Positions 7,757 to 16,423 of a stretch of DNA of 64,000 bases are shown one piece after another (position 1 is the stretch's first letter; each line of letters starts with the position of its first letter). The notes beneath the pieces were generated by a model. It did not search any database and was not told the DNA's origin. It saw nothing but the letters and a program-made list of their open reading frames with translations. The translations under genes were made by a program, and so were the position numbers. Source of the stretch: Bacteroidales bacterium UBA4814 (GTDB lineage Bacteria > Bacteroidota > Bacteroidia > Bacteroidales > UBA7960); contig DHFW01000002.1 of the NCBI GenBank assembly GCA_002402465.1, positions 39,027-103,026 on the forward strand, in the 5' to 3' direction.

Positions 7757-9430
7757 ATGAGAACTATAATAGTATTTGTTGCCCTGGCTTTTTTAACTCA
7801 AGCCCTTGTCGCCCAGCAACCATTCGATTTTTCTGAGCAAGCTGTTATTGAGCGTCTGCAAAAAGACATTTACACCCTGGCCTCCGACTCCTTGCAGGGG
7901 CGTGAAGCAGGCACCATTGGCGAACGCAAGGCGGCCGATTACCTTAAGGCCCGCATGCAGGAAGCCGGTCTAAAGCCTCTGTTCGGTGAGTCTTACTTTC
8001 AGGAAGTACCCTTCCCGGGGGAGTTTCTGGCTGGTCAGGACAATTTTTTGGTAATTGACGGTCAGGAGTATGAGTTTGAAAAAGATTTCTTTGCCATGCC
8101 CAACACAGGTAATGCCTCGGCCAATGCTCCCACGGTGTATGCAAGTTTTGGGCTGGAAGGCGTGGAAGGAATTGACAACTATAAGGAGCTTGGCAGTGTG
8201 GCCGGCAAGGTGGTGGTGCTCGAATATTATTCGCCTGAAGGCCTGGAAGAAAAGCTGGATATCAACTCGCGCGATGCCCTGTCCAACAAAATTGAACTTG
8301 CCATTAAAAAAGGTGCGGTAGGAATCGTTTTGGTCAATAGTCTTTCCTGGCGCACTGACCCGCGCATTAGCCTGCGCATGAACGTGCCCCGCGAAGACAT
8401 TCCGGTGGTTTTTGCCACCTCTGCAATTGCCGAAATATTAAAAGGACAGCCAGGGATAGAAATTTACTTATCGACTGAGCTCGAACGTGAGATGCACACC
8501 GGTATCAATGTGGCCGGCTACTGGGACAACAATGCACCCACAACCGTAATCATTGGCGGGCACTACGACCACCTTGGCTTCGGTGGTTCGGGATCGCGCA
8601 ACCCCGGCGAACGACTTATTCACCCCGGTGCCGACGACAACGCCAGTGGCACCGCCGGTGTTATTGAAGCTGCCCGATATCTTGTAAACTCCGACCTGAA
8701 GAAACACAACTATATTTTTATTGCCTTTACGGCAGAAGAAAAAGGCTTGCTGGGCAGCCGCTATTTTGCCGACAGCGATGCTTACGACATGAAGAAAGTG
8801 AATTACATGCTCAACTTCGACATGCTTGGCAGGCTCAACGATTACAGCCTGGCGCTGATCGGCACCGGCACCACGCCCATGTGGGAGGATCTCATCGACC
8901 GGGCAGCCCCTGAGCATTTCAACATTCGCAAAAGCTCTGGTGGCTTGGGTGGATCAGACCATACCGCATTTTACCTGAAAGACATCCCGGTGCTGTTCTT
9001 TTTTACTGGCATTCACGACGACTATCACCGCCCCGGAGATACCCCCGACAAGGTGAACTACAAGGGCACGCAGGAGATACTGAACTTTGCTTATGACTTG
9101 ATGCGACTAATTGAAAACGAAGACCGGCTGGCTTTCACACCCACACAAACAACCGATAGTCGCCGTCGTCGCTCCGATGGCGTTACTCTGGGGCTGATGC
9201 CCGACCATGCCTATGAAGCCCAGGGGCTGAGGATACAGGCCCTAATCGACGACCGCCCCGCACAAAAAGCTGGAATACAGAATGGCGATGTGATTGTTCG
9301 CATCGACAATGATGAAATTAAAGAGATACAGTCTTACATGCGTGCGCTCGAGAATCTGCAGGCAGGCCGCACCACCAGCATTACTGTGAAAAGAGGAGAG
9401 CAAGAGCTTACCTTTGAAGTGCAACTGTAA
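7757..9430 (+). CDS. secreted M28 family aminopeptidase with C-terminal PDZ domain
   Basis: Signal peptide. M28 metal-ligand blocks HYDHLG, GADDNASG, EEKGLLGS, NFDMLG, SDH. C-terminal PDZ-like GLRIQALIDDRPAQKAGIQNGDVIVRID. Confidence 0.8.
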   Translation: MRTIIVFVALAFLTQALVAQQPFDFSEQAVIERLQKDIYTLASDSLQGREAGTIGERKAADYLKARMQEAGLKPLFGESYFQEVPFPGEFLAGQDNFLVIDGQEYEFEKDFFAMPNTGNASANAPTVYASFGLEGVEGIDNYKELGSVAGKVVVLEYYSPEGLEEKLDINSRDALSNKIELAIKKGAVGIVLVNSLSWRTDPRISLRMNVPREDIPVVFATSAIAEILKGQPGIEIYLSTELEREMHTGINVAGYWDNNAPTTVIIGGHYDHLGFGGSGSRNPGERLIHPGADDNASGTAGVIEAARYLVNSDLKKHNYIFIAFTAEEKGLLGSRYFADSDAYDMKKVNYMLNFDMLGRLNDYSLALIGTGTTPMWEDLIDRAAPEHFNIRKSSGGLGGSDHTAFYLKDIPVLFFFTGIHDDYHRPGDTPDKVNYKGTQEILNFAYDLMRLIENEDRLAFTPTQTTDSRRRRSDGVTLGLMPDHAYEAQGLRIQALIDDRPAQKAGIQNGDVIVRIDNDEIKEIQSYMRALENLQAGRTTSITVKRGEQELTFEVQL

Positions 9431-9473
9431 AAGAAAGTCGTTCCTGCAAAAGCGTGATGGTTAGGTTTGTTGT

Positions 9474-9525
9474 TTCGAACCGGAATTTTTCGAAAAATGA
9501 CAATAAAATGGCATTTTTCGAAAAA
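9474..9525. promoter_or_regulatory. cluster of TTCGAA-centred palindromes (candidate operator) upstream of gpsA
   Basis: ATTTTTCGAAAAAT (9485-9498, perfect 14-bp palindrome), TTTTTCGAAAAA (9514-9525) and a TTCGAA core at 9474-9479. The 16-nt unit GG(A/C)ATTTTTCGAAAAA is repeated 28 bp apart. Confidence 0.4.
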
Positions 9526-9574
9526 ACAGTTGTAACTTTTCTGATCATTTGGTGGACACAAATTAGAAAAAACC

Positions 9575-10570
9575 TTGGCTGAAAAAAGAATTGCAGTGGT
9601 TGGCTCGGGGAGCTGGGCCACTGCCATTGTGAAAATTCTGCTCAACAATGTGGAGAAGCTCAACTGGTGGGTGCGGGAGCAGGAAATTGCCGAGCACCTG
9701 CTCATCTGGCAGCACAATCCCAAATATCTAAGTTCTGTAACCTTCGACACCAGTCGTTTGTTTGTTTCAAATGACATTGAAGAAGTGCTACAGCAATCAG
9801 AGGTGGTGCTGTTTTGCGTCCCGGCGGCGTTTCTGCACAGCTCCATGGGGCATGTGAAGCCTTCCCTGCTAAAGGATAAAATTGTGATAAGCGCCATTAA
9901 AGGCATTGTTCCCGAATTCAACAGCATTGTGCTCGATTACTTCAGGAAGCAATTCAAACTTCAACCACATAATTTTGTGGTGGTTAGCGGCCCCAGCCAT
10001 GCCGAAGAGGTAGCGGCCGAAAAACTTACCTACCTTACGGTGGCATCGCAAACACCGCGTCTGGCAGTGGTTATTGCCGGCCTTTTTTCCTGCAGGTATA
10101 TTTATGCTACTACTTCCGATGATATTTATGGAACGGAATATGGCCCGGTGCTTAAAAATATCGTTGCCATTGCCAGTGGCATTGCGACCAGCCTTGGCTA
10201 TGGCGACAACTTCCAGGCGGTACTTATAAGCAATGCCATACAGGAAATGGAGCGCTTTGTGAAAGCGGTGCATCCCATCGATCGCGACATTAAAAGCCCG
10301 GTGTATTTGGGCGACCTGCTGGTGACCTGCTACAGCCGCTTTAGCCGTAACCGAACCTTCGGAACCATGATTGGCAAAGGATACAGCGTGAAATTTGCAC
10401 AGGTGGAAATGGAAATGGTAGCCGAAGGTTATTATGCGGCAAAATGCATTAAGGAGATTAACGATGAACTGGGTGTGTACATGCCTATTTGCGAGTCGGT
10501 CTACAATATTTTGTATAAAAACCGCAAGCCTTCGGCCGAAATTGCCGAATTAACCGGGAAGCTTTCATGA
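9575..10570 (+). CDS. gpsA: NAD(P)H-dependent glycerol-3-phosphate dehydrogenase
   Basis: IAVVGSGSWATAI dinucleotide-binding N-terminus and typical GpsA length and sequence. The only in-frame start after the upstream TGA (9542) is TTG 9575. Confidence 0.85.
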   Translation: MAEKRIAVVGSGSWATAIVKILLNNVEKLNWWVREQEIAEHLLIWQHNPKYLSSVTFDTSRLFVSNDIEEVLQQSEVVLFCVPAAFLHSSMGHVKPSLLKDKIVISAIKGIVPEFNSIVLDYFRKQFKLQPHNFVVVSGPSHAEEVAAEKLTYLTVASQTPRLAVVIAGLFSCRYIYATTSDDIYGTEYGPVLKNIVAIASGIATSLGYGDNFQAVLISNAIQEMERFVKAVHPIDRDIKSPVYLGDLLVTCYSRFSRNRTFGTMIGKGYSVKFAQVEMEMVAEGYYAAKCIKEINDELGVYMPICESVYNILYKNRKPSAEIAELTGKLS

Positions 10571-10627
10571 AAAAAGCTCCGGAAAACCTAATGTTTCTCT
10601 GGGCTTTTTGTAAGACCGCAATTTGGC

Positions 10628-11089
10628 TTACTTAAATTCCATGTTGCTGCGGCGCGTAATTTTTTCGCAGAAGTGGCATTTCAGCCTCAGTTCTTCTTTC
10701 TCGACTACTGTAAATCTGGTGGTAACCTGTTCGTGATTGGTAACACAATTGGGGTTGAAACAACGCACGATACCGTTCACATGGTCAGGCGTTTCCACAA
10801 TTTTCTTGCTGCTTACCTGGAAATCTCTGATTTCGATAATGGAGGCGTGAGGTGCTACCAGGGCAATCTTGTTCAGTTCTTCTGGCAGGAAGAACTTGTT
10901 ACTCACCTTTATAAGGCCTTTGGTACCGTATTTTTTACTTTCGAGGTTGGTGGCAAAAAGCACCATGTTGTCGAAGCTGTCGAGCTTCAGAATGCGGATT
11001 ACCTGGAAAACAGCGTGAGAGGGAATATGGTCAATTACGGTTCCGTTTTCGATGGCCGAAACCTTCAGTTCTTTAATTTTTTCGCTCAT
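10628..11089 (-). CDS. pyrI: aspartate carbamoyltransferase regulatory subunit
   Basis: 153 aa. N-terminus LKVSAIENGTVIDHIP. C-terminal zinc motif CFNPNC...CHFCEK. Immediately downstream of pyrB. Confidence 0.9.
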   Translation of the reverse strand: MSEKIKELKVSAIENGTVIDHIPSHAVFQVIRILKLDSFDNMVLFATNLESKKYGTKGLIKVSNKFFLPEELNKIALVAPHASIIEIRDFQVSSKKIVETPDHVNGIVRCFNPNCVTNHEQVTTRFTVVEKEELRLKCHFCEKITRRSNMEFK

Positions 11090-11120
11090 TTCTTAATTCG
11101 TTTAAGTTTTTACCTGCAGT

Positions 11121-12032
11121 TTATTGGAGTAAGCCCAGTATGAGGGCCATAAGCGCCTGGCGCACGTACACCCCGTTCAGTGCTTGTTCAAAATAATAGG
11201 CCTTTGGGCTGGAGTCAACGTTTATGTCGATCTCATTAACTCTTGGCAGGGGGTGCAGTACCTTGAAATTATCCTTGGTATTGAGGATCATGTCGTGATG
11301 CAGATTATACGAATTTTTTATGCGCTCGTATTCCAGCGGGTCGCTGAAGCGCTCGCGCTGAATGCGGGTCATGTAAAACACGTCGGCATTCGGAATCACC
11401 TCTTCCATATCGGTGTACTGATGGTAAGTGAGGTTTTTCTCCTTAATGTGCATTTTTACCGAGCTGGGCAGTTTGAGCTCCAAAGGGGAAACCAGGTGAA
11501 AAGTAGTGTTGAAATTGCAAAGGGCGATAACCAGAGAGTGTACGGTGCGGCCGTACTTCAGGTCGCCCACAAAAGCCACGTGCAGGTTGTCGAGCGTGCC
11601 CTGGGTTTTCAGGATGCTGTAGAGGTCGAGCAGGGTCTGGGTGGGGTGCTGATTGGCGCCATCGCCGGCATTGATAATGGGCACCGGGCTGATCTCGGAG
11701 GCAAAACGCGCGCTGCCCTCAATAGGGTTTCGCATCACGATCAGGTCGGAATAATTGGCAATGGTCAGAATGGTGTCGCGCAACGACTCTCCTTTTTTCA
11801 CGGAAGTGTTGCTGGCCTCCGAAAAGCCAATCACCTTGCCGCCCAGGCGGTTTACGGCGCTCTCGAAGCTTAGCCGGGTGCGGGTGGAAGGCTCAAAAAA
11901 CAAGGAGGCCACCACGTAATCTTGCAGTATGGTTTGCACCGGGTTTTTCTCAAACTCGCGGGCAAGCTCCAGCACGCGCAACTGCTCTTCCTTGGTGTAA
12001 TCGTTAATGGAAACGAGGCTTTTGTTCTTCAT
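11121..12032 (-). CDS. pyrB: aspartate carbamoyltransferase catalytic subunit
   Basis: Motifs FFEPSTRTRLSFE, ANQHPTQ and VLHPLPRVNEI. Confidence 0.92.
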   Translation of the reverse strand: MKNKSLVSINDYTKEEQLRVLELAREFEKNPVQTILQDYVVASLFFEPSTRTRLSFESAVNRLGGKVIGFSEASNTSVKKGESLRDTILTIANYSDLIVMRNPIEGSARFASEISPVPIINAGDGANQHPTQTLLDLYSILKTQGTLDNLHVAFVGDLKYGRTVHSLVIALCNFNTTFHLVSPLELKLPSSVKMHIKEKNLTYHQYTDMEEVIPNADVFYMTRIQRERFSDPLEYERIKNSYNLHHDMILNTKDNFKVLHPLPRVNEIDINVDSSPKAYYFEQALNGVYVRQALMALILGLLQ

Positions 12033-12069
12033 GTGTCAGATGTTTACGGTTTGGGTTCTTAAATATAGG

Positions 12070-12098
12070 CAAAAAAAAAGGGGCAACAGCCCCTTTTA
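12070..12098 (-). terminator. rho-independent terminator
   Basis: Stem AAAAGGGGC / GCCCCTTTT (12076-12084 / 12089-12097) with loop AACA. On the minus strand it is followed by a T9 run. It lies just after the stop of the 12102..13460 gene. Confidence 0.75.
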
Positions 12099-12101
12099 AA
12101 A

Positions 12102-13460
12102 TTATTTACATCCGCAATCAGATTTGATCAACTGCTTGGACTTCAGGAAGTCGCAGACCAGCCCGCAGAAGGTTGGCGCTCCGATCTCCTGCAGTTCGTA
12201 ATCTACTTTCACGGTGGGCTTATTGATCTTTACAATGCGGGAAAGATCGATAGGGGTGGCAATAACCACTGCGTCGCAATCGGTATTGTTAATGGATTTT
12301 TCCAGGTCAGCTACCTGCTCATCGCCATATCCCATTGCTGGCAGCAAGGTGCCAATGTTGGGATAAATTTCGAAAGTCTCGGCCAGTCTGCCTACCACGA
12401 ATGGCCTGGGGTCAACAAGCTCGGCGGCACCATATTTTTTGGCTGCAACCGTGCCGGCACCAATCTTCATGTGGCCGTGGGTAAGGGTGGGGCCATCTTC
12501 TACTACCAGCACACGCTTGCCTTTGATCAGCTCGGGCTTGTCAACGGTAAGCGGTGAAGCACCATCAATTACAATAGCTTTGGGGTTTACCTTGGCAATA
12601 TTGTCGCGAACGATTTGTATGCCTTCGGGGCCGGCGCTGTCCATTTTGTTAATGACTACTATGTCGGCCATACGAAGGGTTACTTCGCCGGGATAGTAGT
12701 TCAGTTCGTGGCCCGGCCGGTGGGGATCTACTACGGTCACCATCAGATCAGGCTTATAAAAAGGGAAATCGTTGTTACCCCCATCCCAAAGGATCACATC
12801 TGCTTCTTTTTCTGCTTCGCGCAGAATGGCTTCATAGTCAACCCCTGCATAAATTACATTTCCGCGTACCACATGGGGTTCGTATTCTTCCATTTCTTCG
12901 ATGGTGCACTTGTGCTTATGAAGGTCTTCCACAGTGGCAAAACGCTGCACCTTCTGAGCAACCAAGTCGCCATAAGGCATGGGGTGACGAATGGCTACCA
13001 CCTTAATGCCATGCTCCATAAGCACTTCAATAATGCGGCGCGAGGTCTGGCTTTTGCCGCAACCGGTGCGAACTGCACCCACTGCAATCACGGGCTTGGT
13101 ACTCTCAATCATGGTTTCCTTGGGGCCGATAAGCAAAAAGTCTGCTCCGTTGGCATTTACAATGGCACTAACAGCCATTACTTGCTGGTAGGAAACGTCG
13201 CTGTAAGAAAATGCACAAATATCCACATCCAACTCCTTGATCAGGCGGGGAAGGTCTTCCTGGGCATAGATCGGAATCCCTTCAGGATACTGCGCACCGG
13301 CAAGTTCTGCGGGGTATTTGCGCCCGTCAATGTCAGGGATCTGCGCTGCAGTAAAGGCAACCACCTGGTAATGGTCATTTCCACGGTAATACGTGTTAAA
13401 GTTATGGAAGTCCCTTCCGGCAGCTCCAATAATGATTACATTTTTCCTGTTCTTAGACAT
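12102..13460 (-). CDS. P-loop protein, COG2403 / cyclic 2,3-diphosphoglycerate synthetase-like
   Basis: 452 aa. N-terminus VIIIGAAGRDFHNFNTYYRGN and Walker A GAVRTGCGKSQTS. The family assignment is from memory of COG2403-type 'predicted GTPase' sequences. Confidence 0.6.
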   Translation of the reverse strand: MSKNRKNVIIIGAAGRDFHNFNTYYRGNDHYQVVAFTAAQIPDIDGRKYPAELAGAQYPEGIPIYAQEDLPRLIKELDVDICAFSYSDVSYQQVMAVSAIVNANGADFLLIGPKETMIESTKPVIAVGAVRTGCGKSQTSRRIIEVLMEHGIKVVAIRHPMPYGDLVAQKVQRFATVEDLHKHKCTIEEMEEYEPHVVRGNVIYAGVDYEAILREAEKEADVILWDGGNNDFPFYKPDLMVTVVDPHRPGHELNYYPGEVTLRMADIVVINKMDSAGPEGIQIVRDNIAKVNPKAIVIDGASPLTVDKPELIKGKRVLVVEDGPTLTHGHMKIGAGTVAAKKYGAAELVDPRPFVVGRLAETFEIYPNIGTLLPAMGYGDEQVADLEKSINNTDCDAVVIATPIDLSRIVKINKPTVKVDYELQEIGAPTFCGLVCDFLKSKQLIKSDCGCK

Positions 13461-13674
13461 AAGTTGAATTTTTATGGTTTTATGATTTTGAGAATGATTG
13501 TCATTGTAAAAATCCCCACAAATTTACTTGTTTAAGTTTTTCCGCCAAGGCAATAAAAAATTTTTTTGCCGGATGATTCAACCATTGTCCCGGCCATAAA
13601 CCCAAAATGTTTATCCTAAACAGCAGCCACGGGGCTTTTCAGCAGATGAAACGGAAAGGGGTTGTACCGTGAAA

Positions 13675-13705
13675 TTTGCCAGCTTTTTTAATTCTTTTAT
13701 TTTTG
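13675..13705 (+). promoter_or_regulatory. candidate Bacteroidota promoter (-33 TTTG / -7 TATTTTTG)
   Basis: TTTG at 13675-13678 and TATTTTTG at 13698-13705, with a 19-nt spacer. It ends 43 nt upstream of ATG 13748. Confidence 0.5.
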
Positions 13706-13747
13706 TAAAATCCAATAAGTGCTAAAAATCAATCAATTTTAAAAATT

Positions 13748-15394
13748 ATGACAAAAAGTTTTATTCTTTCAGTGATAACTTTTGCAGGAATTTTTCTGCA
13801 ATCTTTTCAGGGTTTGGGTTGCACCAGTGTGCTTGTTTCGCGCGGCGCCAGTGCCGATGGCAGTGTCATGACCAGTTTTTTGTATGATGTGGCCGGTTTT
13901 GTGCAGCCGGTTCATTTCTATCCTGGCGGGACCTATGAGCCCGGCGACTCGCTCGATATTTTCGGCTTTCGCGAAGGCGAATACCTGGGCCGCATAAAGC
14001 AGGTGCCCAGCACCTATAAAGTCATTGGCAATATGAACGAGCACCAGGTGGCCATTGGTGAAACCACTTTTACCGGGCGTTCCGAGCTGCACGGCGGGCC
14101 CGGACTTTTCGACTATGGCAATCTTATCTGGACCACTTTGCAGCGCGCTCGCACCGCCCGCGAAGCCATCCTGATTCTCGACGACCTGGCACGAACTTAC
14201 GGCTACAAAGATACCGGCGAGACCTTTTTCTTTGCCGACAAGGAAGAGGTGTGGATCATGGATTTCATCGGGAAAGGATCGTATGGAAAAGGCGGTGTTT
14301 GGGTGGCTGCCCGCGTTCCCGATGGTTACATTGCCGCCCATGCCAACCAGTCGCGCATCAGAAAAGTTGATTGGAACGATACCGAAAACTGGATGTGGTC
14401 GGAAGATGTGGTAGACTTTGCCCGCGAAAGGGGCTGGTTTGAAGGCGATCGCGCCGATTTCAGCTTCCGCGAAGCTTATGATCCCATTTCACTGCGTTCG
14501 CTGCTGCTGTGTGAAAGCCGGGTGTGGAGCGTTTACAACCGGGCGGCACCTTCGCAACAATTTTCGGCCGACTATTGGCGCGGGGTGCCCGAAGCCGATC
14601 CTTATCCGCTGTTTATACGCCCCGATCAGAAAATCAGCGTAGAGGGCATGATTGCCCTGGTGCGCGATCATTTTCACGATACGCCCTATTATACCCGCGA
14701 GGGTTTTGCTGCCGGCCCCTACAAAAGCCCATATCGCTGGCGTCCCGTGGTATTCTCGCTCGAAGGTGACACCACTCAGTATTCCTGGGAGCGCCCTATT
14801 TCGCAGCCCCAAACAGCCTTTTCTTTCGTGACCCAGTCGCGCAACTGGTTGCCCGATGCCGTGGGTGGCATTTGCTGGTATTCGGTCGACGACACTTACT
14901 CTACCGTGTTTGTTCCGCTTTATATGGGCATGAACAGAATGCCCGTTTCCTATCGCACTGGCTCGCCCATTGAGTTCGACTGGAATTCGGCCTACTGGGT
15001 GTTCAATAAAGTGGCCAATCATGCCTACCCGCATTACAGCTTGATGATCCCCGAGATTCAAAAGGTTCAGCTCGAGCTTGAAACCCGTGCCCACGCCATG
15101 TCGCGGGCTGCCGATCAGGCCGCAAAGGCGCTTTTTGAAACCGATCCCCGAATGATGCACGAATACCTGAGCGATTTCAGCGTGAACCTGGCCGAAGGCG
15201 TGGTGGAGCGCTGGCGCCAACTGGGGTTTGATCTCTTTGTGAAATACAACGATGGCTACATCAGACCCACCGACTCAGTAAGCTCATGGCCCAAGGGAAT
15301 GGACTATCCAGACGACTTCAAGCAAAGAGCCATTGAAGAACGGCCCGGATATTACGATGTGAAGCACCGCAAGCCCGGCGAGCCTTTGAAGTAA
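13748..15394 (+). CDS. C69 family dipeptidase (secreted)
   Basis: Signal peptide followed by GCTSVLVSRGASADGSVM (N-terminal nucleophile Cys context typical of C69); 548 aa. Confidence 0.8.
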   Translation: MTKSFILSVITFAGIFLQSFQGLGCTSVLVSRGASADGSVMTSFLYDVAGFVQPVHFYPGGTYEPGDSLDIFGFREGEYLGRIKQVPSTYKVIGNMNEHQVAIGETTFTGRSELHGGPGLFDYGNLIWTTLQRARTAREAILILDDLARTYGYKDTGETFFFADKEEVWIMDFIGKGSYGKGGVWVAARVPDGYIAAHANQSRIRKVDWNDTENWMWSEDVVDFARERGWFEGDRADFSFREAYDPISLRSLLLCESRVWSVYNRAAPSQQFSADYWRGVPEADPYPLFIRPDQKISVEGMIALVRDHFHDTPYYTREGFAAGPYKSPYRWRPVVFSLEGDTTQYSWERPISQPQTAFSFVTQSRNWLPDAVGGICWYSVDDTYSTVFVPLYMGMNRMPVSYRTGSPIEFDWNSAYWVFNKVANHAYPHYSLMIPEIQKVQLELETRAHAMSRAADQAAKALFETDPRMMHEYLSDFSVNLAEGVVERWRQLGFDLFVKYNDGYIRPTDSVSSWPKGMDYPDDFKQRAIEERPGYYDVKHRKPGEPLK

Positions 15395-15415
15395 GATATT
15401 GCTTTTTATCAGTAA

Positions 15416-15450
15416 GGGAAGTTTCTGCCTGTCAGGAATTTCCCTTTTTT
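15416..15450 (+). terminator. rho-independent terminator
   Basis: 12-bp stem 15416-15427 / 15433-15444 (GGGAAGTTTCTG / CAGGAATTTCCC, 2 G-U pairs), followed by T6 (15445-15450). Confidence 0.65.
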
Positions 15451-15452
15451 AA

Positions 15453-15483
15453 TTGGAATCGGACTACATATTTACTAACTTTG
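15453..15483 (+). promoter_or_regulatory. candidate promoter (-33 ATTG / -7 TAACTTTG)
   Basis: TAACTTTG at 15476-15483 and TTG at 15453-15455, 20 nt upstream. ATG 15508 is 25 nt downstream. Confidence 0.45.
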
Positions 15484-15507
15484 TAAGTAAACCAAAAAAA
15501 CCATTGA

Positions 15508-15708
15508 ATGAAAAAACTATTTTTAATACTGCTGGTAGCGGGCTTTATGACAGCCTGTGCCGGACAAGGCGGCCGCCAGGCCGAAGATGCGCAGGCCCCT
15601 GTTGAGATGGAAGCCGAACTGGAAGAAGCACTGGAAAAAAACATTGAGCTGAACGAGCGCATTGAAGCCCTCGAAAGCGAACTCGACAGTTTGATAACCA
15701 ATCTTTAA
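15508..15708 (+). CDS. small acidic coiled-coil lipoprotein
   Basis: Lipobox LVAGFMTAC, then an E/L-rich heptad-like sequence EMEAELEEALEKNIELNERIEALESELDSL; 66 aa. Confidence 0.55.
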   Translation: MKKLFLILLVAGFMTACAGQGGRQAEDAQAPVEMEAELEEALEKNIELNERIEALESELDSLITNL

Positions 15709-15723
15709 AAAAGGAGAACGAAA

Positions 15724-16359
15724 ATGAAAAGGATATTTTTACTTGCTTGCTTAATGCTGGTATCGGTTGCATTGCTTGCCCAGAATCCCCGTTCGCAGCA
15801 GGGCCAGGGCAGGGAAAAGCAGGAAGAAGTAAAGGAGCAAGGTCAGCAGCGGGCTCAGCAAGGCCGTGAGCAAGCCGAACAAGCCACGGCCGGGGAACGC
15901 GCCCAGCAAGGTGTGGAGCAGGCCGAAAGGCAAGTGGAGCGTGCCGAACGGGGAGTGGAACGTGCCGAAGAAAACCTTGAGCGCGCAAAGGAAGAAAAAG
16001 AGCAGGTTGAAGGCCGCGGGCATGCCTATGGCCGCGATAAAGGTGGCCTGAGTGGCCGCGACTTCGGTCAGGCACGGGCCGCTGCTGCACGCACCAAAGA
16101 AGAAAAGGAAGAAGTAACGCGCGAAGTGGCCATTGAAGTGGAAGAAGGCGTACGCCGCACCAAAATACGGGTGGAAGAAGCCCGAGAAGTGCTGGAAGAA
16201 AGGGTGAAGAACCGCGAAATTTCTGAGGAAGAGTTCGAGAGAAGATCCCGCCGCATAGAAGAAATTGAAGAGGAAGTATTGCGCATTGAAGAAATGCGCA
16301 AAGAAACCGAACGGGTTATTCGTGAGCGTCTGCCTGAAGTAGAACGCCAGCGGCTTTAG
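15724..16359 (+). CDS. secreted E/R/Q-rich low-complexity coiled-coil protein
   Basis: Signal peptide MKRIFLLACLMLVSVALLAQ. Highly charged repeats (QAERQVERAERGVERAEENLERAKEEKE...) with a central GHAYGRDKGGLSGRDFGQARA block. Starts 15 nt after the previous gene. Confidence 0.6.
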   Translation: MKRIFLLACLMLVSVALLAQNPRSQQGQGREKQEEVKEQGQQRAQQGREQAEQATAGERAQQGVEQAERQVERAERGVERAEENLERAKEEKEQVEGRGHAYGRDKGGLSGRDFGQARAAAARTKEEKEEVTREVAIEVEEGVRRTKIRVEEAREVLEERVKNREISEEEFERRSRRIEEIEEEVLRIEEMRKETERVIRERLPEVERQRL

Positions 16360-16382
16360 CATTAGATAAAAATATAACGATT

Positions 16383-16413
16383 CCCCGGATTGCATTGCAG
16401 CCCGGGGTTTTTT
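16383..16413 (+). terminator. rho-independent terminator-like hairpin
   Basis: CCCCGG (16383-16388) / CCGGGG (16402-16407) with a 13-nt loop, followed by T6. It ends 10 nt before the next ATG. Confidence 0.5.
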
Positions 16414-16423
16414 CTGAAACGAT

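Noticed and set aside
9466-9482. A GGTTCGAAAC-like string (minus strand) resembling a tRNA T-arm.
   Set aside because: The flanking bases cannot form a T-stem or any cloverleaf. It is part of the TTCGAA palindrome cluster.
13549-13570. The near-palindrome GGCAATAAAAAATTTTTTTGCC in the 287-bp divergent spacer.
   Set aside because: It is essentially an A6/T7 low-complexity run with a short GC clamp, and it is not positioned after any gene end. I could not distinguish function from chance AT-rich symmetry.
15545-16395. Two long minus-strand ORFs (181 and 214 aa) overlapping the E/R-rich secreted protein gene.
   Set aside because: They are mirror images of a GAA/GAG/CGN-rich low-complexity gene. 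The plus-strand ORF has a signal peptide, a sensible start, a promoter and a terminator. The antisense products are F/L/P/A-rich with no features.
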